Assembly: GCA_963741195.1 (NCBI GenBank)
Contig: CAVUHF010000010.1
Span: 181,436 to 245,435, forward strand
Length of the DNA stretch: 64,000 bases
Direction of reading: 5' to 3'
Source of the DNA: Candidatus Acidiferrales bacterium
GTDB taxonomy: Bacteria; Acidobacteriota; Terriglobia; Acidiferrales; UBA7541
Below, one piece after another: positions 27,185 through 37,227 of this stretch; position 1 is the first letter of the stretch, and each line of letters starts with the position of its first letter. The position numbers and the translations under genes are program-made. The notes beneath the pieces are model-generated. The model had not been told where the DNA came from, made no database searches, and worked only from the letters and a program-made list of their open reading frames with translations.

Positions 27185-28084
27185 TCAGATTCGCGGCGCA
27201 CTGAGCGGCGCCAGTAGTCGAATGGAAATCACAAAATTGCCGCGCTTTTTCCCGACCAGCTCAAATTTTGCCACGTTGTCCGTACCACCCGTCGATGTTG
27301 CTCGCACGGTCGCTCCGCCCTGCAGTTCCGCCACATCCTCCGCCAAGTTCCGCGCTTCCAGGTTGATCTTCGCCGAGCTTCCCCGCACACGCACCGCGAG
27401 CGTTCGGTGCTCTCCCGGAGCCAGCGGCGCGTTGCTCGCTTCCAGTTCCAGGTTTACGAATACCACGGTGAATGGCACAGACAACTTTTGCCCGCACGTC
27501 AGCTGCACCTGCTTGGGTCCCGGATCCATGTCAATCGGCGGAAGCACCGCCAAATACGCCGGCGACGACGCCAGCACCAACGCGGGAAATCCACCAATCG
27601 TCACGCGGTTCGCATCCGCTTCCGCGCAAAACCCGTATCCGACTAACTCGAACCTATCGCTTAGCGACGCTACGCGCGGTGCCGCGCCCACTTCCAGCGC
27701 AGTTGCGGGCAACTCGCCTAGCGTCAGGATGGTGCTGGAAACGCGCCCGCTGCGCCCGTTGATCCACCCGGAAATCGTCCCCACATTTAGCGGGGCCACG
27801 AACATTGCTCGCCCGGTAGCGTTCGTCGTGTACTTGTCGCCGTTGGAGAACACCACGGTCACTCCCGGCGTCAACCGCCCGTTCATATCCAGCACTGCGA
27901 GCGTCGCGCGCTCGCCGGTCACGATCTTCCTCGGCAGTAGTAGGATCCGAGCGCCAGAAGCTGAAGGGGCCGGTGGTGCTTGCGGCGCCTGTGCCGGCTG
28001 CTGCGCCCAGCCAGCGATTCCTACGGCAACGACAGCGCTGGCAATCACACCTGATTTTCTGAGGGCGTTCAGCAAAGTCTGCAC
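27185..28084 (-). CDS. Secreted hypothetical protein with Ig/IPT-like beta domains
   Basis: Signal peptide ending AGWAQQ, Pro/Ala linker, beta-rich body (GYGFCAEADANRVTIGG). Confidence 0.6.
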   Translation of the reverse strand: MQTLLNALRKSGVIASAVVAVGIAGWAQQPAQAPQAPPAPSASGARILLLPRKIVTGERATLAVLDMNGRLTPGVTVVFSNGDKYTTNATGRAMFVAPLNVGTISGWINGRSGRVSSTILTLGELPATALEVGAAPRVASLSDRFELVGYGFCAEADANRVTIGGFPALVLASSPAYLAVLPPIDMDPGPKQVQLTCGQKLSVPFTVVFVNLELEASNAPLAPGEHRTLAVRVRGSSAKINLEARNLAEDVAELQGGATVRATSTGGTDNVAKFELVGKKRGNFVISIRLLAPLSAPRI

Positions 28085-28371
28085 ACCCGGATTGTAGTGG
28101 ACTTTCCCCTTTCGCTAAAGGCCTCTCGCCGATGGCCCCCGCCATGTTACTGGAAACAGACGCCCTTCCCACCCCACTCTATCCTTGCGCCCTACCCCGC
28201 TCCCTCGGGTATCCTTTCACACTGGCCCTCAGGACAGTGTGGCTAATCAGCGAGTAATCACTAGGGCGCAGAGGCTTTCCGACCCCGCAAGGGTCTGCTA
28301 GCGTGGATCAAAGGAACGAGCCGGGGTGTGTACCGGGGGAGCCGCGCGTGCGCATGGAAAGCTTGGAAGGA

Positions 28372-29184
28372 GTGCTCGTGCAGATCGTGACTGGTGGCGT
28401 GACGGACGTGGGGCGCGTGCGCACCAACAATGAGGATTCCTATCGAATTCTCGATACCCTCTTTGTCCTATCCGACGGCATGGGCGGCGAAGCCCATGGG
28501 GAGATAGCCAGTTCCCTGGCGGTGGAAAGCATTGTGAACTATTGCAACCAAGCTAAAGACGATTCCGGCGTCACACTGGTCACCGAAACGCCAGACAATT
28601 GGTCGGCGAAGACCAAACAGTTGCAGAACGCCGTTCGCGCAGCCAATCTCGCCATTTTTGATTCCGCTCAGAAAAACCATGAGCAGCAAGGCATGGGCGC
28701 AACGGTGACCGCTGCCTGGCTGAACGACACCAAGCTGAGTATTGCTCATGTCGGCGACTCTCGAGCGTATCTATTGCGCAGCGGAAGCCTGCAGCAGCTC
28801 ACCAACGATCATTCGCTCGTCGCGGAGCAAGTGCGCCGCGGCATTATCAGCCGGCAGCAAGCGGAAGAGAGCGAAATGCAGAGCGTTTTGCTGCGCGCAC
28901 TGGGTGCCCATAACGAAGTCGAAGTCGACGTCGACGAGACGGCCATTTATCCCGGTGATGTTTTGCTGCTCTGCTCCGATGGACTTACCCGCATGGTGAC
29001 AGAACCGGAGATCGCTGGCACCCTGCAGGCAGAAACGGATCCCTCCGCCGCGGCCCAGAAACTGATTGACCTGGCCAATGATAACGGTGGGCTCGACAAC
29101 ATCACGGCTATCGTCGCTCGCTTCCAGGAAGAACCCAAGGGTTGGCTCTCCTGGTTGCGTCGTGGTTCAGCGAAAAAGGACTAG
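28372..29184 (+). CDS. PP2C/Stp1 Ser/Thr phosphatase
   Basis: GRVRTNNED, LSDGMGGEAHGE, HVGDSRAY, LLCSDGL, GGLDNIT; start inferred at GTG after GGAAGGA. Confidence 0.93.
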   Translation: MLVQIVTGGVTDVGRVRTNNEDSYRILDTLFVLSDGMGGEAHGEIASSLAVESIVNYCNQAKDDSGVTLVTETPDNWSAKTKQLQNAVRAANLAIFDSAQKNHEQQGMGATVTAAWLNDTKLSIAHVGDSRAYLLRSGSLQQLTNDHSLVAEQVRRGIISRQQAEESEMQSVLLRALGAHNEVEVDVDETAIYPGDVLLLCSDGLTRMVTEPEIAGTLQAETDPSAAAQKLIDLANDNGGLDNITAIVARFQEEPKGWLSWLRRGSAKKD

Positions 29185-29207
29185 ACCTCCTCAGGGGGAT
29201 TACAGAT

Positions 29208-29933
29208 ATGGCCAAACTCAGCCTCATGTTCGAGAACAAACTGGTGAAGGAAGTCCCCATCGGCAATCGCCCGGTCAGCATTGGCCGCTCACCCGACAAC
29301 GATATTCCGGTCGATAATCTTGCTGTATCGACCTACCACGCTCGCGTCTACTACGAGGGCGGCCGCCTTGTCGTCGAAGATCTCGACAGCCTGAATGGCA
29401 CGTTCGTCAACGATTTGCGCATCGAGCGAGCCACGCTGCACGATGGCGATTCCATTTGGATCGGCAAGCACAGCATCAAGGTGGATACTTCCGCCGATGC
29501 CGCCATTCCCTGGGATACCGGGCGCAAAGCCGCCGCGCCGAAGATCAATGAAACGATGGTTCTGGATACCAAGGTTCGCCGCGAAATGCTCCAACAAGCC
29601 GCCGCAATGGGAGAGCGCTCCCAGTTCTCACCCGGCCGCATGAAGATGCCGACCCTGGTGGTTCTTTCCGGCAAGGTCAATCAAAAGGAGTACCTGCTCA
29701 CCAACAAACTCACGGTAATCGGCAAGTCTCCTATGGCTACAGTGCGCCTGCGCGGATGGTTCAAACCAAAAATGGCGGCGCAGATCAATCAGCGCGACGA
29801 CGGCTATTACCTCGGAACGGGAGATAGGGTTCCCAGTGTCAATGGCAACCCCATTTCGGGTACCGTTCGGCTGAACGATGGCGATCTGATCGAAATCTGC
29901 GGCGTCCGCCTAAATTTCATCATTCGCGAATAG
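29208..29933 (+). CDS. Double FHA-domain protein
   Basis: SIGRSPDNDI...VSTYHAR...DLDSLNGTFVN; second degenerate FHA VIGKS...VNG...LNDGDLIEICG. Confidence 0.88.
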   Translation: MAKLSLMFENKLVKEVPIGNRPVSIGRSPDNDIPVDNLAVSTYHARVYYEGGRLVVEDLDSLNGTFVNDLRIERATLHDGDSIWIGKHSIKVDTSADAAIPWDTGRKAAAPKINETMVLDTKVRREMLQQAAAMGERSQFSPGRMKMPTLVVLSGKVNQKEYLLTNKLTVIGKSPMATVRLRGWFKPKMAAQINQRDDGYYLGTGDRVPSVNGNPISGTVRLNDGDLIEICGVRLNFIIRE

Positions 29934-29945
29934 CCCGCCGACCCG

Positions 29946-32387
29946 ATGCCCACTCCGCCCGAAGATGGCCCACAGGAGAGGAGCGCGCTTCGCGTGCGAG
30001 AAGTGTTCGCCTCATGGTGGGACCATCGAGCTTCTTTCTTCATCAGCGTGGGGATCACCTTCGCTGCACTGGTTGTGTACTACTTCACGTTTATCGGCGA
30101 ACGCCCAACGCCCATCTTCAATTTTCTGCAGCGCCTCGAACTTGATACGTTGGACATGCGTTTTATCTATCGCCCGGCAAGGGCAACCCCAGCCGATCCT
30201 CGCATCGTCATCGTCGATATTGACCAGCATTCACAGGAGGTTTTAGGTCGCTGGCCGTTTTCAAGAACCCACTTTGCCGAGCTGCTGCATGTTTTGAAAG
30301 AAGACGATGCTAAAACAGTTGCCTTCGACGTCACATTCAGCAAGCCAGATCAAACCGGTGACGCAGTGCGCGAGCTTTGGCGCGAGCTGGATGCGCGGAA
30401 GAAACGCGGCGAGTCGGTTGACCCTAAGCTCGAAGCCCAGGTGAAACAGCTCGTCGCGAAATTCGACGCGGACGATCAGTTTGCCGCTTCGATCAAGAAT
30501 TTCGGGGCCGTCGTTCTTGGCAGCTACTTTCTTTATACTGACGCCGACATGCGCGGCATGGATGACGCCACGCTCGACACGTATGCCGAACAACTTAGCT
30601 TCTTCTCATTCCCCCAAATCCGACCGCTCGACCCGCGCCCGCAAATCGGGCAGCGCGATCGCCTGAACTTAATTCGCGCCTTCGGGAATGAGAGCAGCAG
30701 CCTGATTCCGCTCGGGGCCGAAGCAAATATACCGGTGCTCGCCGACTCCCTTGGAGGCAACGCCTCGTCCACGGGCTTTTTCAACGCACCGCCTGACGAG
30801 GATGGCGTCGTTCGTCGCGCGACGATGGTGCTTCCCTTCGGGCGCTCCAAAGACCTGAAAGACTGGGACCTCTACGGCTCGCTCGACGTGATGGCCACGG
30901 CTTCCTACCTGCGTCTCGGCGCCAATGAGCTGATACTGGAATACGGGGAGCCTGGCGTCGCCGTAATTCAGTTTGGTCCCAACTTGCGCATAATCCCGAA
31001 TAACGTGGGCATGAAAACGATTAACTATCGCGGACCCGCCGGCACATTCCCGCACTTTTCCATGGCCGACGTCGTCGAAGGAAGAATTGCGTCCGGCAGC
31101 TTCAGGGACAAGCTCGTGCTCGTCGGCGCTACAGCCACGGGAATTGGAGACTTGAAGACTACGCCGTACGGGGGCACCAATTATCCCGGCGTCGAAATTC
31201 ACGCCAATGTCATTGATAACATTTTGAATCAGCGATTCCTAAAACGCGGCCAACGGCAGTTCGAATTCGATGTGCTGCTAATTTTTATGTTCGGGCTTCC
31301 CCTCGGGATTGTTCTCGCCCTAGTTTCTCCGCGCTGGATGTGGTTCGGGCTTGCGCTCCTGATTCCATTCGCGGCTGCAAACTACTACGCATTCCTGCAC
31401 GGATGGTGGCTCAATTTTGTGATGCCGGCCGCCACCTTGACGGCAAACGTGATGCTCGTTTCTCTCTATCGCGCGTTGGTGGAAGAAAAAGAAAAGCGCA
31501 AAGTGCGTTCGGCGTTTGGCCAGTATCTGAGTCCGGAAGTGATCCGGCGGCTGCTGGTGAACCCATCCCTGGTCGATCCGCGCCGGACAGAAATCACCGT
31601 GATGTTCAGCGATATACGCGGCTTCACCACCATCTCTGAAAAGCTTGACGCGCAGGATCTCGCCCTCTTTCTGAACGACTATCTCTCCGATATGACCAAG
31701 ATCGTGTTCGATAATCGCGGCACACTCGACAAATATATTGGCGACGCCGTGATGGCCTTCTGGGGCGCGCCGTACGAAGATCCACGCCACGCTGTCGATG
31801 CCTGCAACGCCGCTCTTATCATGATGAGTCGCGTTCACGAGCTGCAGAAGAAATGGGAGGCAGAGGGCAAGCCCAAGTTGGACATCGGTATCGGTCTCAA
31901 CTCCGGCGTGGCCAGCGTTGGCAACATGGGTTCCGCGTTGCGCTACGGCTACACGGCGTTGGGCGACACGGTGAACCTTTCTTCCCGCCTGGAAGGCCTG
32001 AACAAGGACTACGGCACACACATCCTACTCAACGAATCGACCTATGCCGCGGCAAAAGATGCGGGATTTGTCTTTCGAGAGCTTGACGTCATACGAGTGA
32101 AAGGCAAGCTCGAGCCTGTCACCATCTACGAGTTAGTTGGGAAACTCTCCGACGTGCAGCAGGACCCGGCAATTGCCGATTTTCCTGCGCTCCGGCAGTA
32201 CTTCATTGCTGCGCGCGAGCTCTATCTGCAACGCCAGTGGGTGGAAGCGCAGAGCGCTTTTCAATTCATCCTGGACCGATGGCCCCAGGACGGTCCTTCG
32301 CGCATGTACTGGAAACGCTGCCAGGACTATCTGTTCGATGCTCCGCCGACAAGTTGGGACGGCGTCTTCACGATGACGCACAAGTAG
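29946..32387 (+). CDS. CHASE2-domain class III adenylate cyclase with C-terminal TPR-like tail
   Basis: RIVIVDID, GRWPFSR, DEDGVVRR, PGVEIHAN, three TM helices, MFSDIRGFT, DKYIGDAVMA, YTALGDTVNLSSRLEG. Confidence 0.92.
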   Translation: MPTPPEDGPQERSALRVREVFASWWDHRASFFISVGITFAALVVYYFTFIGERPTPIFNFLQRLELDTLDMRFIYRPARATPADPRIVIVDIDQHSQEVLGRWPFSRTHFAELLHVLKEDDAKTVAFDVTFSKPDQTGDAVRELWRELDARKKRGESVDPKLEAQVKQLVAKFDADDQFAASIKNFGAVVLGSYFLYTDADMRGMDDATLDTYAEQLSFFSFPQIRPLDPRPQIGQRDRLNLIRAFGNESSSLIPLGAEANIPVLADSLGGNASSTGFFNAPPDEDGVVRRATMVLPFGRSKDLKDWDLYGSLDVMATASYLRLGANELILEYGEPGVAVIQFGPNLRIIPNNVGMKTINYRGPAGTFPHFSMADVVEGRIASGSFRDKLVLVGATATGIGDLKTTPYGGTNYPGVEIHANVIDNILNQRFLKRGQRQFEFDVLLIFMFGLPLGIVLALVSPRWMWFGLALLIPFAAANYYAFLHGWWLNFVMPAATLTANVMLVSLYRALVEEKEKRKVRSAFGQYLSPEVIRRLLVNPSLVDPRRTEITVMFSDIRGFTTISEKLDAQDLALFLNDYLSDMTKIVFDNRGTLDKYIGDAVMAFWGAPYEDPRHAVDACNAALIMMSRVHELQKKWEAEGKPKLDIGIGLNSGVASVGNMGSALRYGYTALGDTVNLSSRLEGLNKDYGTHILLNESTYAAAKDAGFVFRELDVIRVKGKLEPVTIYELVGKLSDVQQDPAIADFPALRQYFIAARELYLQRQWVEAQSAFQFILDRWPQDGPSRMYWKRCQDYLFDAPPTSWDGVFTMTHK

Positions 32388-32406
32388 TCACCGGCATCCA
32401 CGCGGC

Positions 32407-35400
32407 CTACTTCTTGTCCTCCACCGCGATCAAATTGTCCTCGGGATTGCGATCGATCAGTTTGTTGTAAGGATCGATGCCCGCAAACGTAGGCTTTTCA
32501 TCGACGATGAGTACCACCGTCGAACTGTCTGTCTTGAACCACTGCTTCTCCATGCGCAGAGGCTTCAGGTGTTCTTTCGTGCCGCTGAACACGCCCACGT
32601 CGATCAGGTCGTTGAGCGGCATGGGCGTTTCATTTCCCGATCCGTCCGCCTTTCGTTTTGCGGTGTTGACCGTGATGGTCACTTTGTACTTATTACCCTG
32701 CTCCGGGATCACCAACGCAGACAGTGCCTTGTTTTCGTATAGCACGATGGACTCAAACATATCCGTCACAAGATATTGCAGCTCAGGTGGAGTTGCTTCC
32801 CGGATTGCCGCCACGAATCCAATTGTGTCGGGATACGGGCCCGTGGCGTACTTGTTCTTGTCCAGGAAACTCCTCAAAGCTCCGTTCAATTTGTCTTCAC
32901 CGATGTAGTCGCTTAGCGCGTACATGACCAACGCGCCTTTTTGATACCACACGTAAGGCTCGCGCTGCACGCGTGCGAGCGGCGGCTCGTGTCTCGTTTC
33001 ACCCGCGCGACCGCGCAGATAACGGTCCAGTTCATATTTCAGATACTTCCTGATATTTTCTTGGCCGTATTTCTTTTCCATCACCTTCAACGCTGAATAT
33101 TCCGCCAGCGTTTCGGACATCATGTTCGACCCTTGCGTCATGCTGCCGATCAACTGATGCCCCCACCACTGGTGCGCCAACTCGTGCGCGTTCACGAAAT
33201 ACAACAGATCCAGATCATCCTTCTTCTTCAAACGTTCGATGAATCCGATGCCCTCGGAAAACGGCACGGTATTCGGGAACGATTGCGCGAAACTCCGGTA
33301 ACGCGGGAACTCCAGCACTCGGTACTGAGTGAACTGGAACGGCCCAAAATTCTTTTCGTAGTACCCCAAGCCGGCCTTCGCAGATTCCATCATCTTATCC
33401 AGGTTGAACTCGTGCCCAGGGGTGTAATACACCTCCAGATTCACATCGTTCCACTTATCCCGCTTCACGTCGAAGCGTCCTGACAGAAACGAGAAGAAAT
33501 TGTTGATCCGCGTGTCGCCCATCGTGTATTCGAAATAACGGCGGCCATTTTCCGTCCACTCGCGTTTCAGATAGCCGGGCGCAATGGCGGTCTGGTCCGG
33601 CGAAGTGCTCACCGTGGCGCGGAAGGTAACCCACTCGGAGTCCGCGGTAAACAGATTCACGTTGGAATAATAAGGATCACCCGGGGGAGCCATCTCCTGC
33701 AGTTCGCCCAATTTCTGCTCCTTGCGCCGGACGGGCTCGTCGAGCTCGATCGTTTGTGAATAACCGATGACTGGAAAATAATCTCGGTCGAAGAATGTTC
33801 CGTTGTAGGCAAGCTCCGGCCGTTCACCACCGTCCTTGAAACCCTTCGTTGTTCGCGAAGACCGGAAGTCCATCCGCAGGATTTCTCCGGGCTGAAGTGC
33901 CTGGTCCAACTTATAAATTTCATAAAAATAGGTTTTGTCGCTGAGTGTATTGTGGAACGGGCGGTCAAACTTGATCTCGTCGATGGACTCCTGCGACTCG
34001 GTGACGTGGATCTCCTCAATCGGTTTGTCCGTCCGATTCACCAGCAAGTAATGCCCTTTCGCATCGAAGGACCGCCGCTCAGGATAGATATTTGTATCCA
34101 CATCGACGGCAGTGATCTTCGGTTGAGGAAACTTTTCGTACTTCTTGTACCTACGCTCGTACTCGGCTTGCCGCGCGCGATTCTGTAGCGTTGTGCGATA
34201 AACATTCAGAACGTGCGCGTTGTAGTAGAACCATGTGCCGCAGGCGATCGCCAGCGCCACACAAATTACCGCGAAGGCGGCCATCCGTGGAAAGCGTTCC
34301 CGCATCAGCTTCATGCGCACGTTAAAGGACCTTTCCGTACCCCGTCGTGCCAGCACAATTCCCAGCACCGCAAACAATCCGCCTATGGCCAACCAGTAGG
34401 CGATAATCCAAAACAGCGCTTTCACAAAGTGCCCGTACCCGTTCATGTCCGAATAAGTGTAGGGAGTTATTTCTCCGTACAGCAGCAGGCGGTTCTCGAC
34501 TCCGTAGCGATACAAGATGGGAACAAGTAGCAGGAACCCAATGACGATGGCGTGGCCGATGAATTTATTTCCAACGATGGTATGCACAAAGAGAGCGAGG
34601 AATACGATCGTTACGATCTGAGGCAGAGCGATTAGATAGAGTTCCTTGAAATACTGGCCCACCTCATAGTGGAAATACCCCCCCACCGTCTGCATGATAA
34701 TTCCGACAATCACTGCGATGGCCAGCAGCACAATTTCGACAATGACCAAGGCAGTGAATTTGCTCAGCCAGTCGGTCCAATCTCTCAAAGGGAGCGCATC
34801 GTGAATCTGGTCGAACCTGACGTCTTTCTCTCTCCACACCAATTCACCGGCATACAGCACCACCACAATGTACAGGAAAAGGCTGGCGCCGCCCTGTAAC
34901 ACATTCAACATCAGGTAGGTGACCGGCCAGACCTTTACTCCGCTCACTTCGCCGGCAAATGCTCCGTTGATGGCGCAGAAAATAATCATCAGGATTGCGA
35001 TCCCCCAGAAGGGGATCTCGCGAAGGATGTTTTGCATGCGTAATCTGGTCATCGATGCGAATTGCTGCCAGGTCGTCGAACTGGCGAAATTCTGCGTCAC
35101 CGCGGGCAATTGTGTTACCGCGCGCGGACGTATCTTTTTTTCCTGCTCCTCCGCTTCTGCGGCTTCCCTGGCCTTTTTGTTCGCGCGCTTTCCCGTCAAT
35201 GTTTCCGCTGACATCGGAAATAGGAAGTAAGTTACGGCGAGTGCCACGATTCCAAGGCCGCTCCAAAAGAGCCGGTTGTAGAGAAACGATCCGCTCCATT
35301 CTAGTAATTTGCTGTTGCGCTCGACGACGGTCCAATACCGCATGATGCTGTTCATGAACACCATGCCCAGTGGATCGAAGACCGATGGCCAAAAGCGATC

Positions 35401-36003
35401 CAGTCTGTTTGTGCTGAGCACGGAAATCGCAAGGATCAGGTAGAGGGCCAGAACCGAAATGCCCTGGAGGTAGACGACCACGATTCTGCGAGACAGCGCC
35501 GCGACACAATAGAACAGTGCCCCCAGAAAAAAGATGTTGATCACGGAAATCTGCAGAAAGGGTTTCAAGTAGGCCAACAGATGAACGGGCGCCAACCGCG
35601 TCTTGTCGGCCCAAGGCATGAACGTGCCGATGATTCCTCCCCACACCAACCCGCTGAACACGAACACGGTCACGACCAAGGACGCCAACCATTTTCCGCC
35701 AAGGTAATCGAACTTCGTGATGGGTTTGGTGAAAATCAGCGCGTAGGTATCACGTTGAAAATCACGCAGGATCGCGGGCCCGAAGATCGCGGCGATCAGA
35801 ATCGATCCAAATCCGGTAAGTTGGCCGAAGTTCTGCAACAGCGCAAACGGTCCATTCAGAAGGACTCTCCCCGGTCCAATCGGTCCAAAGTCCTCGACGG
35901 AAACGGAGAAAAACATCATCAGAAATGGAATCAGGGAGAAGAGATAAGTAGAGATGCTCCGGAATCGCAGTTTTAGTTCGAACCAGAAGAATGTCCAGAA
36001 CAT
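32407..36003 (-). CDS. ABC-2 type permease fused to M1-family aminopeptidase
   Basis: Two multi-TM permease halves followed by FAQSFP, HELAHQWWG, SETLAEYS, YQKGALVMY. Confidence 0.9.
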   Translation of the reverse strand: MFWTFFWFELKLRFRSISTYLFSLIPFLMMFFSVSVEDFGPIGPGRVLLNGPFALLQNFGQLTGFGSILIAAIFGPAILRDFQRDTYALIFTKPITKFDYLGGKWLASLVVTVFVFSGLVWGGIIGTFMPWADKTRLAPVHLLAYLKPFLQISVINIFFLGALFYCVAALSRRIVVVYLQGISVLALYLILAISVLSTNRLDRFWPSVFDPLGMVFMNSIMRYWTVVERNSKLLEWSGSFLYNRLFWSGLGIVALAVTYFLFPMSAETLTGKRANKKAREAAEAEEQEKKIRPRAVTQLPAVTQNFASSTTWQQFASMTRLRMQNILREIPFWGIAILMIIFCAINGAFAGEVSGVKVWPVTYLMLNVLQGGASLFLYIVVVLYAGELVWREKDVRFDQIHDALPLRDWTDWLSKFTALVIVEIVLLAIAVIVGIIMQTVGGYFHYEVGQYFKELYLIALPQIVTIVFLALFVHTIVGNKFIGHAIVIGFLLLVPILYRYGVENRLLLYGEITPYTYSDMNGYGHFVKALFWIIAYWLAIGGLFAVLGIVLARRGTERSFNVRMKLMRERFPRMAAFAVICVALAIACGTWFYYNAHVLNVYRTTLQNRARQAEYERRYKKYEKFPQPKITAVDVDTNIYPERRSFDAKGHYLLVNRTDKPIEEIHVTESQESIDEIKFDRPFHNTLSDKTYFYEIYKLDQALQPGEILRMDFRSSRTTKGFKDGGERPELAYNGTFFDRDYFPVIGYSQTIELDEPVRRKEQKLGELQEMAPPGDPYYSNVNLFTADSEWVTFRATVSTSPDQTAIAPGYLKREWTENGRRYFEYTMGDTRINNFFSFLSGRFDVKRDKWNDVNLEVYYTPGHEFNLDKMMESAKAGLGYYEKNFGPFQFTQYRVLEFPRYRSFAQSFPNTVPFSEGIGFIERLKKKDDLDLLYFVNAHELAHQWWGHQLIGSMTQGSNMMSETLAEYSALKVMEKKYGQENIRKYLKYELDRYLRGRAGETRHEPPLARVQREPYVWYQKGALVMYALSDYIGEDKLNGALRSFLDKNKYATGPYPDTIGFVAAIREATPPELQYLVTDMFESIVLYENKALSALVIPEQGNKYKVTITVNTAKRKADGSGNETPMPLNDLIDVGVFSGTKEHLKPLRMEKQWFKTDSSTVVLIVDEKPTFAGIDPYNKLIDRNPEDNLIAVEDKK

Positions 36004-36011
36004 GGGCTCTC

Positions 36012-36890
36012 CTAGTTCCGTTCCGCGTTTGTCAGGTTGAAGAAGTAAACGTCTTCCAGGTCCGCATCGACGGGAGAAAATCCATCGCCCGGAGAGGATT
36101 CCGAGTAGACGCGAACTTCATGCAATCCGCCAAGCAGGTGTGTCGAAATCACGTGCAGCGATTTCTCAAGCGCGTCTCGTTCCGAATCCGTCGCCACTAC
36201 TTTCTTCCAAACTCGGCCCTTCAATGCATCCAGCGCCAGATTCGGCTCTCCTTCCAACAAGAGTTGTCCCTGGCTGATAATCGCCATGCGCGAACAGAGC
36301 TCCCGCACATCTTCTACGATGTGGGTGGACAAAATCACCACAACGTTTCTTCCGATGCCACTGAGCAGGTTCAGGAACCGGTTGCGCTCCGCAGGATCGA
36401 GTCCCGCCGTGGGCTCATCGACTATGATCAGCTTGGGATTCGCCAGCAGGGCTTGGGCAATGCCAAACCGCTGCTTCATGCCACCTGAATATCCACCCAG
36501 CGCCTTCTTCCGGCTGTCCCATAGATTCGTCTGCTGCAGCAACCCTTCGACGATTTCTTTGCGTTGCCTCCGATCAGTGATGCCCTTCATGACCGCGAGA
36601 TGCTCGAGCAGGTCAATCGCGGGCATCTTCGGATAGACGCCAAATTCCTGTGGCAAGTAGCCCAATATCTTGCGCGTTTCGTCCTTTTGCTCCACCAAAT
36701 TCAAGCCATCCAGCTCTGCGGTGCCCTCATCCGGCTCTAATAGAGTCGCCAGGATCTTCATTAACGTCGACTTGCCTGCGCCGTTTGGACCTAACAGTCC
36801 AAACATTCCTTGCGGAATCTGCAGGGAAACGCCACGCAATGCGCGCGTACCGCCGGGATAAGTCTTCGTCAGGTTGTTGATCGCAAGCAC
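36012..36890 (-). CDS. ABC transporter ATP-binding protein
   Basis: GPNGAGKST, YSGGMKQR, IVDEPTAGLD, LSTH. Confidence 0.95.
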   Translation of the reverse strand: MLAINNLTKTYPGGTRALRGVSLQIPQGMFGLLGPNGAGKSTLMKILATLLEPDEGTAELDGLNLVEQKDETRKILGYLPQEFGVYPKMPAIDLLEHLAVMKGITDRRQRKEIVEGLLQQTNLWDSRKKALGGYSGGMKQRFGIAQALLANPKLIIVDEPTAGLDPAERNRFLNLLSGIGRNVVVILSTHIVEDVRELCSRMAIISQGQLLLEGEPNLALDALKGRVWKKVVATDSERDALEKSLHVISTHLLGGLHEVRVYSESSPGDGFSPVDADLEDVYFFNLTNAERN

Positions 36891-37227
36891 GAGTTGGCTC
36901 CTAACCGGGTCGGAAATTGTCGCCTGTAAGACCAGGATGCAGCCTCAACAGTCCCAGCAGGGTGGCAAGACTATAGCCTAAATGGAGCCCTCTGGCCCAC
37001 CGGCTTCTCCAAACCGCTGGCATCCAACCATTGACTGGCCTCCTCTGACGGTCGCATAATCCTTCCACCACGGCGGAGGCACTCTTTGCAACTCGCTCCC
37101 GCATCCTTCCGTGTCCGTCTGCTGCTGTTTGTATCTCTGCCGGAAGCCTTCCCTCGTTCGAGCAAACCTGGCCGCTCACGCAATCGCATCTTGAAAGTTC
37201 ACAAGGAGAGTACTCACGGCTGTTGAC

